In this document: positions 7,206 through 16,188 of the stretch, piece by piece
Numbering within the stretch: position 1 is the first letter of the stretch
Layout of the letters: each line of letters starts with the position of its first letter
Assembly (NCBI GenBank): GCA_040768985.1
Contig: JAXGLX010000002.1
Span: 1,856,637 to 1,920,636 of the forward strand
Direction of reading: 5' to 3'
DNA: 64,000 bases
DNA from: Acidobacteriota bacterium
GTDB lineage: Bacteria > Acidobacteriota > JAAYUB01
Program-made: the position numbers and the translations under genes
Notes under the pieces: model-generated
What the model was told of the DNA's origin: nothing
The model's input: only the letters and a program-made list of their open reading frames with translations
Databases searched by the model: none

Positions 7206-9461
7206 ATGCGCCAGATTCTGACTGTGTGCCTGATTCTCGCCGGCCTGCTGCTCTCGGCGCCGGCCGCGCCGCAGGGGGCCGAACCGGCCGCCCCGCCGCT
7301 GACCATCGACGAGGTGCTGAGCCCGGCGCACCGGACGGCGTTCCGGCTGCCGTCCTACTACTGGCTCCCCGGCGATCAGATCCTGCTGTTCGATTCCGGG
7401 AAGCCGGGCGCCGAACGCGGCCTGGAGCGCTACGACCCGGCCACCGGCGCGCGCACCCCGCTGCTGGCGGATCCGGCCGCGGCGCTGAAGGGGCTCAACG
7501 AGCTGCTGACCGCCGGCGGAGGGACGGCCGAGGAGCACCTGGGCGAGCCCCTGGAGCTGGACGCCGCCGGGAAGCGGGCCCTGCACCTGATCGCCGACGA
7601 CGTCTTTCTGCAGGACCTGGCCACCGGGGCTTTCCGGCGGATCACGCGCACGCCCGCCGCAGAGGCCGAGCCGCATTTCTCGCCCGACGGCCGGTGGGTG
7701 GCGTACCACCGGGAACACAACCTGTACGTCACCCGGCTCGCTGACGGCAAAGAGCACGCCCTCACCCGCGACGGCCGCGACACCCTGCTCAACGGCACCC
7801 TGTCCTGGGTGTACTGGGAGGAGATCTTCGGCCGGGAGGACCTGGGCTACTGGTGGTCGCCCGACTCCACGGCCATGGTGTACCTCAAGTCGGACGAGTC
7901 GCAGGTGCCGGTCTCCTACTTCCCCGACTACGAGCCGGCCACGCCGGCGGTGCACCGCCAGCGCTACCCCAAAGCGGGCGAGACGAACCCGTCCGTGTCG
8001 GTCTGGCTCGCCGAGGTGCCCGGCGGCAAGGCCCGCCGCGTCGCGTTCGCCGATCCCGAAATCGAGTACGTCGTGCGGGTGCACTGGCTCCCCCACGGCC
8101 GCAGCGTCGCCGTCCAGACCATGAACCGGGCCCAGAACCGCCTGAAGGTCTGGCTGGTGGACCGCCGCCGCGCGACCGCCCGCGTGATCCTCACCGAGGA
8201 GAGCCCCACGGTGGTGAGCATCCACGACGACCTGGCCTTCACCGCCGACGGCGCCCGCTTCGTCTGGGCCTCGGAGCGGGACGGCCGCAACCGGCTGTAC
8301 CTCTATGAGGTCAGCGGGAAGCTGGTCCGCGCGCTCACCCCCGCGAACCTGCTGGTGCGCGCCTCCAGCGGCGTGGCCTGGGTGCGGGGGGGCCTCTGCG
8401 CCCTGGACGAGGCCGGCGGCTGGGTCTACTACACCGCCACCGACGGCGCGCCCATCGCCCCGGCGCTCTACCGCTCGCCGCTGGCCGGTGGTGTCGCCGA
8501 GCGGCTGACCCGGGAGCCGGGCAGCCACCGGGTGGGCTTCAGCCCGTCGATGCAGTACTTCTTCGACGAGCATTCGTCCATGAGCCGGCCGCCGGGGCTG
8601 ACCCTGCGCCGGGCCGACGGCGAGGCGGTGCGCGTCGTGGCGGCGCCGGCCGTGGACCACGCCGCGAAACTGGGGCTGCTGTATCCCGAATTCCTCACCA
8701 TTCCGGCCGAGGACGGCTTCGCGCTGCCCGCGCAGATCCTCAAGCCGGCGGCGCTGGAGCCGGGCCGCCGCTATCCCGTGATCCTCTACGTCTACGGCGG
8801 GCCCAACGCCCCGGTGGTGGGCGACCGCTGGGGCCGCGACCTGCTCATGAACAATCTGCTGGTGCAGCGCGGCTACATCTGGATGGCCGTGGACAACCGC
8901 AGCGCCTCCGGCCTGGGCAAGGCGCTTGAGGACACCGTCCACCACAAGCTCATGAGCGGCGGCGAGGTGGCCGACATCGTGGCCGCCGTGCGCTGGATCA
9001 AGCGCCAGCCGTGGGCGGACCCGGACCGCGTGGGCGTGTGGGGCTGGAGCGGCGGCGGCACGTTCACCGTCCAGCTCATGAGCCAGAGCCGGGAGTTCCG
9101 CGCCGGCATCGCCGTGGCGGGCGTGTACGACTTCCGCTACTACGACTCCGTCTGGGCGGAGCACCTCCTGGGCCTGCCCAAGGACAATCCCGAAGGCTAC
9201 AAGGCCGGCGCGCCGGCCACCTGGGCCAAGAACCTGCACGGCCGGCTGTTCCTCGTCCACGGCCTGGCCGACGACAACGTCCATCCCCAGAACGCCTGGC
9301 GGCTGACCGACGAGCTCATCGCGGCGAAGATCCCGTTCGACCTGATGGTCTATCCGCGGCAGGGCCACGGCATCCGCGCCCCGGCCAGCTACCGGCACCT
9401 GATGACGGCGATGCTGGATTTCTGGAAGAGATGGTTGAAGGGAGAGAACGGTGAACAGTGA
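7206..9461 (+). CDS. S9 family serine peptidase (dipeptidyl-peptidase IV / prolyl oligopeptidase type), secreted
   Basis: Signal peptide MRQILTVCLILAGLLLSAPAAP; DPPIV-like N-terminal propeller region; catalytic GWSGGG (VGVWGWSGGGTF), Asp (HGLADDNV) and His (GHGI). GAGGAG RBS before the 7206 ATG. The upstream part of the 6156..9461 ORF is an in-frame extension over the M20 gene. Confidence 0.9.
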   Translation: MRQILTVCLILAGLLLSAPAAPQGAEPAAPPLTIDEVLSPAHRTAFRLPSYYWLPGDQILLFDSGKPGAERGLERYDPATGARTPLLADPAAALKGLNELLTAGGGTAEEHLGEPLELDAAGKRALHLIADDVFLQDLATGAFRRITRTPAAEAEPHFSPDGRWVAYHREHNLYVTRLADGKEHALTRDGRDTLLNGTLSWVYWEEIFGREDLGYWWSPDSTAMVYLKSDESQVPVSYFPDYEPATPAVHRQRYPKAGETNPSVSVWLAEVPGGKARRVAFADPEIEYVVRVHWLPHGRSVAVQTMNRAQNRLKVWLVDRRRATARVILTEESPTVVSIHDDLAFTADGARFVWASERDGRNRLYLYEVSGKLVRALTPANLLVRASSGVAWVRGGLCALDEAGGWVYYTATDGAPIAPALYRSPLAGGVAERLTREPGSHRVGFSPSMQYFFDEHSSMSRPPGLTLRRADGEAVRVVAAPAVDHAAKLGLLYPEFLTIPAEDGFALPAQILKPAALEPGRRYPVILYVYGGPNAPVVGDRWGRDLLMNNLLVQRGYIWMAVDNRSASGLGKALEDTVHHKLMSGGEVADIVAAVRWIKRQPWADPDRVGVWGWSGGGTFTVQLMSQSREFRAGIAVAGVYDFRYYDSVWAEHLLGLPKDNPEGYKAGAPATWAKNLHGRLFLVHGLADDNVHPQNAWRLTDELIAAKIPFDLMVYPRQGHGIRAPASYRHLMTAMLDFWKRWLKGENGEQ

Positions 9462-9652
9462 AGAGTGAGGAGACAGGATACAGGAGATAGGAGTTTAATG
9501 TATGTTATAGTGTTAAACTTAAGACAGGACTGTGTTCTACTATTTTGTGTGGTTGATTTGCAATTTCGACAGTTTGTATTTTTGACTATGATAAGTTGTA
9601 CTCGATTTAAACACTATTTTTTTTGAATCCGACGACACAGGAGGAATATTTG

Positions 9653-11101
9653 ATGACTAAAATTCTTAGAGTTTTTCCATATTATCTAATTTTCAGTTTT
9701 TTTATTTCTTTCAACTTCTCTCAACAGAATCCTCCCGATCCATATTCATATTATTATCCTGATTCTCTTGGTAATGGTTCATCTGATGGAATAATACAGT
9801 CTCCTGGAAAGGGTTGGGCCGCTTATGTTTCTTGGCAGCCAGATATATTTAGAAGTTACGATGATCTTGAATCAAAATTTGAAACTTTAATTTCTGGCGG
9901 TTGCAATGTATTATACTTAAGGCCTACATGGAAAGAATTCACCAATGATTATGCCCAACTTTGCATTTTCATGCAAAATATTCAAGATTTCAACTCCGGA
10001 AAGAATTTATGGGAAGATAAAATCAAAGTAATTATACGAGTAATGGTCACAAATACTTGCAATGAAGATAATTCTGACTACCCATACTATATTAGCCCTG
10101 ATTCTTTATGGCAGCTTTGCTATAACTCGAGCCCCTGTACTTCCCATACATATTATTTTTGTGGACAAGAAAACGACTATCAGATAAGAGAGCTAAAATA
10201 CACATCTAGTACTGCCAGAGTAGTTTTTCTTGATTATCTATCAAATATCTCAAATTTTCTCGAAGAAAACGGACAAAATGTAATCGCAATTGATTCTGGG
10301 TTCATGGGGGATTGGGGTGAAAACCATTTGCTGATGTATGTGTTCTATGGAAATAATGATTGGAATTCTTTTCTAAGTGCATATTCACTTTGGTTTTCAG
10401 ATTTAATTTGTGCAGTAAATCAATATAATGTAATCGTATTTTCTTGTGCCAACAATCACTGGTACTTTCTGTCTCCTTCAATAGCAAATGATATGTTTTC
10501 GTTAATGAAATCAAAAGGCTTTACATTTCGTAGGGACAGCCCTCCTGAGGTTGATCCCATTGAATTTAACTCGATGTTTACAAATTTCGTTCTCTCCTCA
10601 AGTCCTTCGATGATTGAATGGGATCAAAATGATGGACTATTAAATGATTTCACGTTAAGATATCCAAATTTTTCGCAATTGCAAATGGTACATCATGATA
10701 TAGATGGGTGGGGTTTGGAACCAGCTATTTCTTCTCTTACAGATCCCGACTATTTATTATTTATGAATAAATTGGGATATCGTCTTAGAATCAATCATGT
10801 ACGCTACGTTGTAAAACAAAATTTGTTTATCAATATTAGTAATATAGGCTATGGATTTTGCGTTAATGATATTCGCTTGCTCTTGAAGGTAAAACAGATC
10901 TCGACACAAAATTTCATTGTCTTAAAAACATCAACTGTAACCTCTTCTACAATAAGAACATTGCGCCGCGGAGGAGTTGATTGTCTTGATGTTGGTTTTG
11001 CCTGGCCAACGCGTCCAGTTGGAACTGAACCAGATTTTTATGGCTCTTCGCTTTTTAGTGTGGGTAACGCTATACAAGTCCTGCACTCCTGGTTACGATA
11101 G
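9653..11101 (+). CDS. AT-rich secreted hypothetical protein; 3' end disrupted by the ISL3 insertion
   Basis: ~35% GC. ATG at 9653 with an AGGAGG RBS; the track's 9623 start is TTG. Hydrophobic N-terminus ILRVFPYYLIFSFFISFNFSQQ. From about 10957 the ORF becomes GC-rich read-through into IS sequence. Confidence 0.6.
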   Translation: MTKILRVFPYYLIFSFFISFNFSQQNPPDPYSYYYPDSLGNGSSDGIIQSPGKGWAAYVSWQPDIFRSYDDLESKFETLISGGCNVLYLRPTWKEFTNDYAQLCIFMQNIQDFNSGKNLWEDKIKVIIRVMVTNTCNEDNSDYPYYISPDSLWQLCYNSSPCTSHTYYFCGQENDYQIRELKYTSSTARVVFLDYLSNISNFLEENGQNVIAIDSGFMGDWGENHLLMYVFYGNNDWNSFLSAYSLWFSDLICAVNQYNVIVFSCANNHWYFLSPSIANDMFSLMKSKGFTFRRDSPPEVDPIEFNSMFTNFVLSSSPSMIEWDQNDGLLNDFTLRYPNFSQLQMVHHDIDGWGLEPAISSLTDPDYLLFMNKLGYRLRINHVRYVVKQNLFINISNIGYGFCVNDIRLLLKVKQISTQNFIVLKTSTVTSSTIRTLRRGGVDCLDVGFAWPTRPVGTEPDFYGSSLFSVGNAIQVLHSWLR

Positions 11102-12470
11102 AGCGGCAAGATGGGCTGTGGAAATATGGAAATCCCTGCGCGGACTCCGGGATTCCCACAATTCCACAGCCCCGGCTACGATTACCCCGCTAACCCAGAA
11201 ACCACGTAGGGAACCATCATGCGAGACACGGATTTGTTTCAACTGGCGCTCGGGCTGCTGCCGCCCTGGCTGGTGAAGGACTGCCAGTTCAGCGTGAGCG
11301 AGCAGCGGCTGGACCTGTATATCGACTTCGCCAAGGGCGGGAGCTTCACCTGTGCGGACTGCGGGCAGGCAGGCTGCCCGGCGTACGACACCGAGGAGCG
11401 GACCTGGCGGCATCTGAACTTCTTCCAGCATGAGACGTACCTGCATGCCCGGGTGCCGCGGGCGGAGTGCCCCCAGTGCGGGGTGAAGACGGTGGCGGTG
11501 CCGTGGGCGCGGCCGGGCAGCGGCTTCACGCTGTTGTTCGAAGCGCTGGTGATGACGCTGGTGCGGCAGATGCCGGTGCGGGCGGCCAGCCGGATCGTGG
11601 GCGAGCACGACACGCGGCTGTGGCGGATCGTCCACCACTACGTGGGCGCGGCGCGGGCGCAAGCCGACCTGTCCGGAGTGCGCCGGGTGGGCATCGACGA
11701 GACGGCCAGCCGGCGGGGTCACCACTACATCAGCGTGTTCGTGGATCTGGACCGGGCGAAAGTGGTGCATGTGGCGCCCGGCAAAGATGGCGACACGGTG
11801 GCGAGCTTCGCCGAGGATCTGACCGCCCATGGCGGAGCGGCGTCCCAAGTGGCGGAAGTCTGCATCGACATGTCGCCGGCCTTTCAGGCGGGGGTGCGGG
11901 AGCATCTGCCCGCGGCCCGGATCACCTTCGACAAATTTCACGTGACCCGGCTGCTCAACCAGGCGGTGGACCAGGTCCGGCGGGCGGAGCAGGGCCAGCG
12001 GGCGGAACTGAAGCGGACGCGCTACCTGTGGTTGAAAAACCGGCGGCACCTGACCGTTGGGCAACGGGCCCGGCTGGCCGACCTGGAGGACCGACGGTTG
12101 AACCTGAAAACGGCGCGGGCGTTGCGGCTCCGGGAAAGTTTCCAGGACTTCTACGACCAGCCGCCCGAATGGGCCGGCGCGTACCTGAAGCGGTGGTATT
12201 TCTGGGCCACCCACAGCCGGCTGGCGCCGCTCATTGACGTGGCGCGGACGATTCGGGAGCACCAGGACGGCATCCTGCGCTGGTTTCAAACGCGGGTGAC
12301 GAACGGCTTGCTGGAAGGTATCAACAGCCTGATCCAGGCGGCCAAGGCCAAGGCGCGAGGCTATCGCACCCTGAACAATCTCATGGTCATGGTCTATCTG
12401 GTGGCGGGTAAAATGGACTTTGAAACCTGAGTTAGCCATAGTAATCAGCGAGGAGGCATTTTTATATTTC
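10957..12470 (+). mobile_element. ISL3-family insertion sequence (~1.5 kb) inserted in the AT-rich island
   Basis: ~68% GC block embedded in ~35% GC DNA, carrying the ISL3 transposase gene. Boundaries estimated from the GC transition; a GGCTCTTCGCTTTTTAG end-like motif sits at 11041. TIR/DR not confidently resolved. Confidence 0.65.
11219..12430 (+). CDS. ISL3 family transposase
   Basis: 403 aa. MRDTDLFQLALGLLPPWLVKDCQFS...CADCGQAGCPAYDTEERTWRHLNFFQHETYLHARVPRAECPQCG zinc-ribbon N-terminus and DDE core typical of ISL3. Confidence 0.9.
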   Translation: MRDTDLFQLALGLLPPWLVKDCQFSVSEQRLDLYIDFAKGGSFTCADCGQAGCPAYDTEERTWRHLNFFQHETYLHARVPRAECPQCGVKTVAVPWARPGSGFTLLFEALVMTLVRQMPVRAASRIVGEHDTRLWRIVHHYVGAARAQADLSGVRRVGIDETASRRGHHYISVFVDLDRAKVVHVAPGKDGDTVASFAEDLTAHGGAASQVAEVCIDMSPAFQAGVREHLPAARITFDKFHVTRLLNQAVDQVRRAEQGQRAELKRTRYLWLKNRRHLTVGQRARLADLEDRRLNLKTARALRLRESFQDFYDQPPEWAGAYLKRWYFWATHSRLAPLIDVARTIREHQDGILRWFQTRVTNGLLEGINSLIQAAKAKARGYRTLNNLMVMVYLVAGKMDFET

Positions 12471-12831
12471 GCTTCAGGTTAAGGACAAAAAAACTGGAAC
12501 TTGGGTAGATGTTCCTTGGTCTAATAATAACAATGGTGAAACTTTACCTTCCAAAAATTTAAAGCTCATTTTGTAAGAATATTTGAAAACTAGAAATAAT
12601 TTGGTTTTCAATCATCTGACCAAATTCATCCGAATGCTTGCATTCTCGTCTAAATGTTTATAAAGCAACTTACCTGAATCAAGCTTTGTTCGATGCGTTT
12701 CGTGTACGTCTGCCGATTGGTGGGTAGGCAAAAAATTATCATAGATTTTCCGAGACCCCATTAACATCTCGCATTACGATCATTGTATTTCAAATAGAAG
12801 GGGGTTTGTGGTTAGAGAACATTTTTCAAAT

Positions 12832-14178
12832 TTAAGGATTTTTCATCGCAATGACAAAAAATTCCTCTCCAAGTCCGAGTTTTTGTGCAACCGTTGGCCA
12901 TAGATGTTTGGCATCTTTATCGGAGGAGAAAAAATTGTTGGTTTTTAAATACTTCACATCTAGTTTGGCTTTTTTCAACATATCGAGTAGTTCACTCTTT
13001 GAAAATTCGGTATGATAAAAAAATTTTCCATCAATTTCTTGGTGTATATCTCGTCTTGGTAACCTTTCAGAATTAAATTGCCCCATAAATATTCGATAAA
13101 ACATAACGGGATTTTTAATCATCTTAAAATGTGCCCGATTATTTGTTGTTAAGATTGCTCTGCCCCCTGGACGAAGGACGCGATATATTTCCATCAACCC
13201 AGCTATAGGATCATGAAGATGCTCAAGTACGTCTGTGAAGACAACATAATCAAAAGAATCTGTTGCCAAAGGAATACGCATTGCATTCGCAAGGATGGCA
13301 TCACTGTTGAATAACTTTCGAAAGGCGAGGACGTTGAAATCTTGTGTATCTAACCCGATTAATTGGCAACCATGTTCTTCAAAGAACCTATTAACCTCTT
13401 GATGTGTTATTCCTCCACATCCAAGGCACAGGATACTTTTTCCCTCAAGAGTCATCGACCTCATTTTTTTAAATATTTTATGTAAATATTTCGCCTTTCT
13501 CGATACAAATTTCCGCTGTTCAGTTTCCATTTGCCACGTTTCTTTTTCATCGTTTTCTACATCAAGTTTTAAATCGCGATTCCAACTTTCAAGAAGATTA
13601 AATCCTCCTCCGAAGTGTCTTCTTTCGGAGAGTAATCCGCGTTCACAAAGGTCAGCCAAACGAGACGCATGTGTTCTAAAGTAATTTTCCTTACATATAT
13701 AAAAGTGGTTCGCTGATGCAATCCACGCTCTAAAATACCCCATAATCATGAAGATAACTATACTCGCCAGTGCTATTGTAAAGATGAGAGATGAAAACAA
13801 ATTCAGTTTGAAAAAGAGTACAAATAAAGTGGCAAGTACCAGCGACGAGAGCAGAACGAATCGTTTCTGATTATCACGATAAGTGCGAATTTTATATTTT
13901 AAACTCTCTTCAAAAGCGTCATGTTTTAGAATTCGCCAATTGTTCAAAGTTTTAAAATTTAGCACATTATCTTTGTAATCATGATTCCATAATCGCACAC
14001 AAACGTCATCTTCCAACCAAAGTACGGGTATTTCTTGAAAAATTTTATATTCCAAATGACAAACGGCACATTCCAAGTTAGATCGTTTTTTATTATTGCC
14101 GTCTTCTGCACCATCCTGTTTTACAATTATCATTCCAAGGCAAATCGGACATCTCAATTTAAAAACAAATTCTATCAT
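12832..14178 (-). CDS. Membrane-anchored class I SAM-dependent methyltransferase with N-terminal zinc ribbon (AT-rich, likely horizontally acquired)
   Basis: 448 aa, ~33% GC. CPICLG...CAVCH zinc ribbon, two to three TM segments, C-terminal ILCLGCGGITHQ...DYVVFTDVLEHLHDP...VLRPGGRAILTT MTase motifs I-III. Confidence 0.75.
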   Translation of the reverse strand: MIEFVFKLRCPICLGMIIVKQDGAEDGNNKKRSNLECAVCHLEYKIFQEIPVLWLEDDVCVRLWNHDYKDNVLNFKTLNNWRILKHDAFEESLKYKIRTYRDNQKRFVLLSSLVLATLFVLFFKLNLFSSLIFTIALASIVIFMIMGYFRAWIASANHFYICKENYFRTHASRLADLCERGLLSERRHFGGGFNLLESWNRDLKLDVENDEKETWQMETEQRKFVSRKAKYLHKIFKKMRSMTLEGKSILCLGCGGITHQEVNRFFEEHGCQLIGLDTQDFNVLAFRKLFNSDAILANAMRIPLATDSFDYVVFTDVLEHLHDPIAGLMEIYRVLRPGGRAILTTNNRAHFKMIKNPVMFYRIFMGQFNSERLPRRDIHQEIDGKFFYHTEFSKSELLDMLKKAKLDVKYLKTNNFFSSDKDAKHLWPTVAQKLGLGEEFFVIAMKNP

Positions 14179-14464
14179 TTAGGTATTACTCCGTGAACAA
14201 TTTGATAAATCAAAGTATAAGTTTAGTATATCTTTCAAGCAAGTAATCGCTAATTTTTAGTGGTTTTGTTCAAAACTTCAACCTCTCTTAATACTACTTT
14301 CTTTACATTAAAAAATCAATTTTTCTGTTGATTTGTTGGTTAGACTCACACACTGATAGAATATAGTACATCACGAACAATGCAATCTCACGATGATTCT
14401 CACATAGAGATTGCGCAGTTCGTCCTGGAATGCAACTCGTTTATACCCGATCACGCAAGTTGCA

Positions 14465-14765
14465 TTTCCCGCCCATCCTCCGTAATTCGTAATCGTGATC
14501 GTAATTCGTGCTCGAGGCTTGGGACTCGGGGCTCGAGGCTCGTTTCCAAGCTGCGGACATCGCGGTTCGGGGTTCGGGGTTCGGGGTTCGCGGTTCGGGG
14601 TTCGGGGTTCGCGGTTCGCGGTTCGCGGCTCGGGGCTCGGGGTTCGCGGCTCGGGGCTCGGGCTCGGGGTTCGCGGCTCGGGGTTTTCCGTTCAGCTAAC
14701 GACTTCCGTCTCCCGCCTCCCGATTCACCCATTCACCCATTCACCCATTCACCCATTCACCGGCC
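14465..14765. repeat. Composite repeat block in reverse orientation (CGTAAT, CTCGAGG, CGGACATCG, GGGGTTCGCGGTTCG arrays, GTCTCCC, TTCACCCAT arrays)
   Basis: Same modules as 1440-1930 in reverse-complement order. Confidence 0.8.
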
Positions 14766-14768
14766 GAC

Positions 14769-15347
14769 TCAGCGGCGGGGGAAGCGAGGCTGCCGACGGT
14801 CAGGTCCAGTGCCCCTGGCCCGGTGCGCCGGCGCGGCCTCACGCAGCCGGGAGGACCACTGCCACAGTCCGTTGATGGCGGCCGGCGGGAGGCGGTGGCC
14901 CAGCGCCCGGGCCGCGACGACGAGCTGCCCCCGGTGGTGCGACTCGTGGGACAGGGCGTAGCCGCAGAAGAGGACCGCGTCGCGGGGCATGGCGCCGTAG
15001 ATGAACGGGCTCTTCACGCCGGGAAACGGGCCGCCGTTTGCCAGCCCCGCGTGCAGCAGGCGCTCCACGGCATCGGCGCTCAGGGCCAGGGCCGCGAGGA
15101 CATCGGCCGGCGCGGCCGCGGCGCGGTTCACTTGGCAGGGAACGGCGATCCCGGACGCCGTCGCGAGACTGTTCAGCCAGAGGCAGCGGCAGTTGTGGGG
15201 GTGGGCGGCGATGCTCCGCACGGTGCGGCGGGGCGCGCCGGGCAATCCCAGCGGCCAGAGGTCCGCGGGGAGTTGCTCCACAAGGAACGCGGTGACCCGG
15301 CTGTTGATGCGCCACGCATTCAGGATGGATTCGTGAAGCGCGTTCAT
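14769..15347 (-). CDS. DinB/DinB_2 superfamily protein (HxxxH...HESHHRGQ metal-binding motif)
   Basis: ALSHESHHRGQLVVAARAL motif; ATG at 15347. The C-terminal ~25 aa are encoded by the repeat block, so the true stop is uncertain. Confidence 0.6.
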   Translation of the reverse strand: MNALHESILNAWRINSRVTAFLVEQLPADLWPLGLPGAPRRTVRSIAAHPHNCRCLWLNSLATASGIAVPCQVNRAAAAPADVLAALALSADAVERLLHAGLANGGPFPGVKSPFIYGAMPRDAVLFCGYALSHESHHRGQLVVAARALGHRLPPAAINGLWQWSSRLREAAPAHRARGTGPDRRQPRFPRR

Positions 15348-15453
15348 GCGTTGCTTCCACCTCCAGCTACTGACGGGGTGGCGTCAGGCGCCTCCGGCAT
15401 CTGCGGCCGGGCGCGCGGCGCCGCCAACGGAATGGCTGTGATCGGCCGCGGCG

Positions 15454-15816
15454 TCACGGACCGGCGCGGCGCTCCAGTTGCCAGAGGCCGTGTTCCACGC
15501 CGCCCTGGATGTAGATGGCGAACGTGCCGTGGCCCGGGATCGCCAGCGGCGGATGGGCGATGACGGCGCCGGCGGATGCCGCCGCGGCGACCGCCGCCTC
15601 GATGTCGTCCACGAGCCAGTAGGGCCGCACGATCGGCGTTTCCGACTCGCGCAAAGGCGCCCGGACGCCCACCAGGCCGCCGTCCGGCAGGGCCGCCGTC
15701 CGCGCCTGGCCGAGACCGGGATCGGGCTCGCCGAACCGCAGCCCGTTGGCCGCGGCGTACGCGGCGCATACCGCGTCCACCTCCGGGGTCACGATTTCCA
15801 GGTAATGGATCCGCAT
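15454..15816 (-). CDS. VOC (glyoxalase/bleomycin-resistance) family protein
   Basis: MRIHYLEIVTPEVDAV...HGTFAIYIQGGVEHGLWQ; ATG at 15816 with an AAGGAG RBS. An upstream in-frame ATG at 15915 would add a lipoprotein-like leader (AVLGC). Confidence 0.65.
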   Translation of the reverse strand: MRIHYLEIVTPEVDAVCAAYAAANGLRFGEPDPGLGQARTAALPDGGLVGVRAPLRESETPIVRPYWLVDDIEAAVAAAASAGAVIAHPPLAIPGHGTFAIYIQGGVEHGLWQLERRAGP

Positions 15817-16188
15817 GGTCTGTTCTCCTTGATGGACCTGCCGGTCCGGATCCGTCCGGCCCGGCGTGCAGCCCAGGACGGCTGCAGCAACAACGGCGGC
15901 GAGCATCCAGCGCATGATTCGGCCTCCTTGAAAAACGCAAGACTGCGGCCTGCTCGGCATCGGCGTCAGCAGCGGCCTGACATCAGCATGCCGGGGCGCG
16001 CCGCTAATGATCTGCGTCGTTCAATTGTAGGGCTTCCCTACCGCCGGATCAAGTTCCGAGCATCGGTATCCGCCGGCTGCGCCGGGCGGATGGACGGGGC
16101 CGCATCGCCGCGCCGGCGAATTGCATTTGGGATTGGGCGGACTTTCGGATGATAATACCGTATGCGAATTCCATGACGAGGTGCCGCG

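Noticed and set aside
6678-9398. 906-aa minus-strand ORF antisense to the S9 peptidase. The same reasoning applies to 58665..61418, 22703..24316, 30615..32030, 26208..27275, 12885-type and other long antisense frames.
   Set aside because: These are typical stop-poor mirror frames of a ~70% GC genome. They have low-complexity Arg/Gly/Pro composition, no motifs, and lie antisense to genes with strong domain evidence.
6156-9461. 1101-aa plus-strand ORF spanning the M20 and S9 peptidase genes
   Set aside because: The upstream 350 codons are an in-frame, Arg/Pro/Gly-rich extension overlapping the real M20 gene in another frame. The S9 gene starts at ATG 7206, which has an RBS and a signal peptide.
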